In this document: piece by piece, positions 63,956 through 64,000 of the stretch
Numbering within the stretch: the stretch's first letter is position 1
How the letters are laid out: each line of letters opens with the position of its first letter
NCBI GenBank assembly: GCA_049472315.1
Contig: JBLIRN010000001.1
Span: 160,001 to 224,000 of the forward strand
Length of the DNA stretch: 64,000 bases
Reading direction: 5' to 3'
From: a bacterium
GTDB lineage: Bacteria; SZUA-182; DTGQ01; JAFGSM01
Position numbers and translations under genes: made by a program
Notes under the pieces: generated by a model
Told to the model about the DNA's origin: nothing
What the model saw: the letters and a program-made list of their open reading frames with translations, nothing else
Databases searched by the model: none

Positions 63956-64000
63956 TGATCCGAATAATTACATTTGATGACCACAGTCCCCGCAGTCGAC

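Overview
64-kb window from an anaerobic, LPS-producing (kdsA/C/D) bacterium with Deltaproteobacteria-like gene order; almost all genes are on the minus strand. Contents: folE (partial), cooC-like ATPase, IclR; a group-3c-type hdrA-mvhDGA [NiFe]-hydrogenase operon with maturation protease and a TusA-like gene but no hdrBC; a Wsp/ACF-type chemosensory operon and a divergent MCP; folD/fchA, three RNA methyltransferases; a housekeeping run (hisD, murA, prmC, prfA, thyX, rpmE, rho, RpoS-like sigma, nlpD, pcm, two tRNA-Pro, kds genes, pyrG). The most striking content is accessory: two loci (25.2-40.5 kb and 59.5-64 kb) encode a family of signal-peptide-bearing Gly/Tyr/Leu/Met low-complexity proteins (GGLYG/GGYG repeats, mature N-terminus typically YYG), an S8 protease, two FN3/Ig-like surface proteins, a pseudo-receiver-PilZ protein, a sensor-less sigma54 activator and a TMTC-like GT-C/TPR protein. 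Seven correctly oriented sigma54 -24/-12 motifs lie upstream of these genes, including upstream of the activator itself, suggesting an undescribed sigma54-controlled extracellular structural (coat/sheath/matrix) programme. No CRISPR array, integrase, transposase or rRNA was seen. All product calls come from motif recognition, not database searches.
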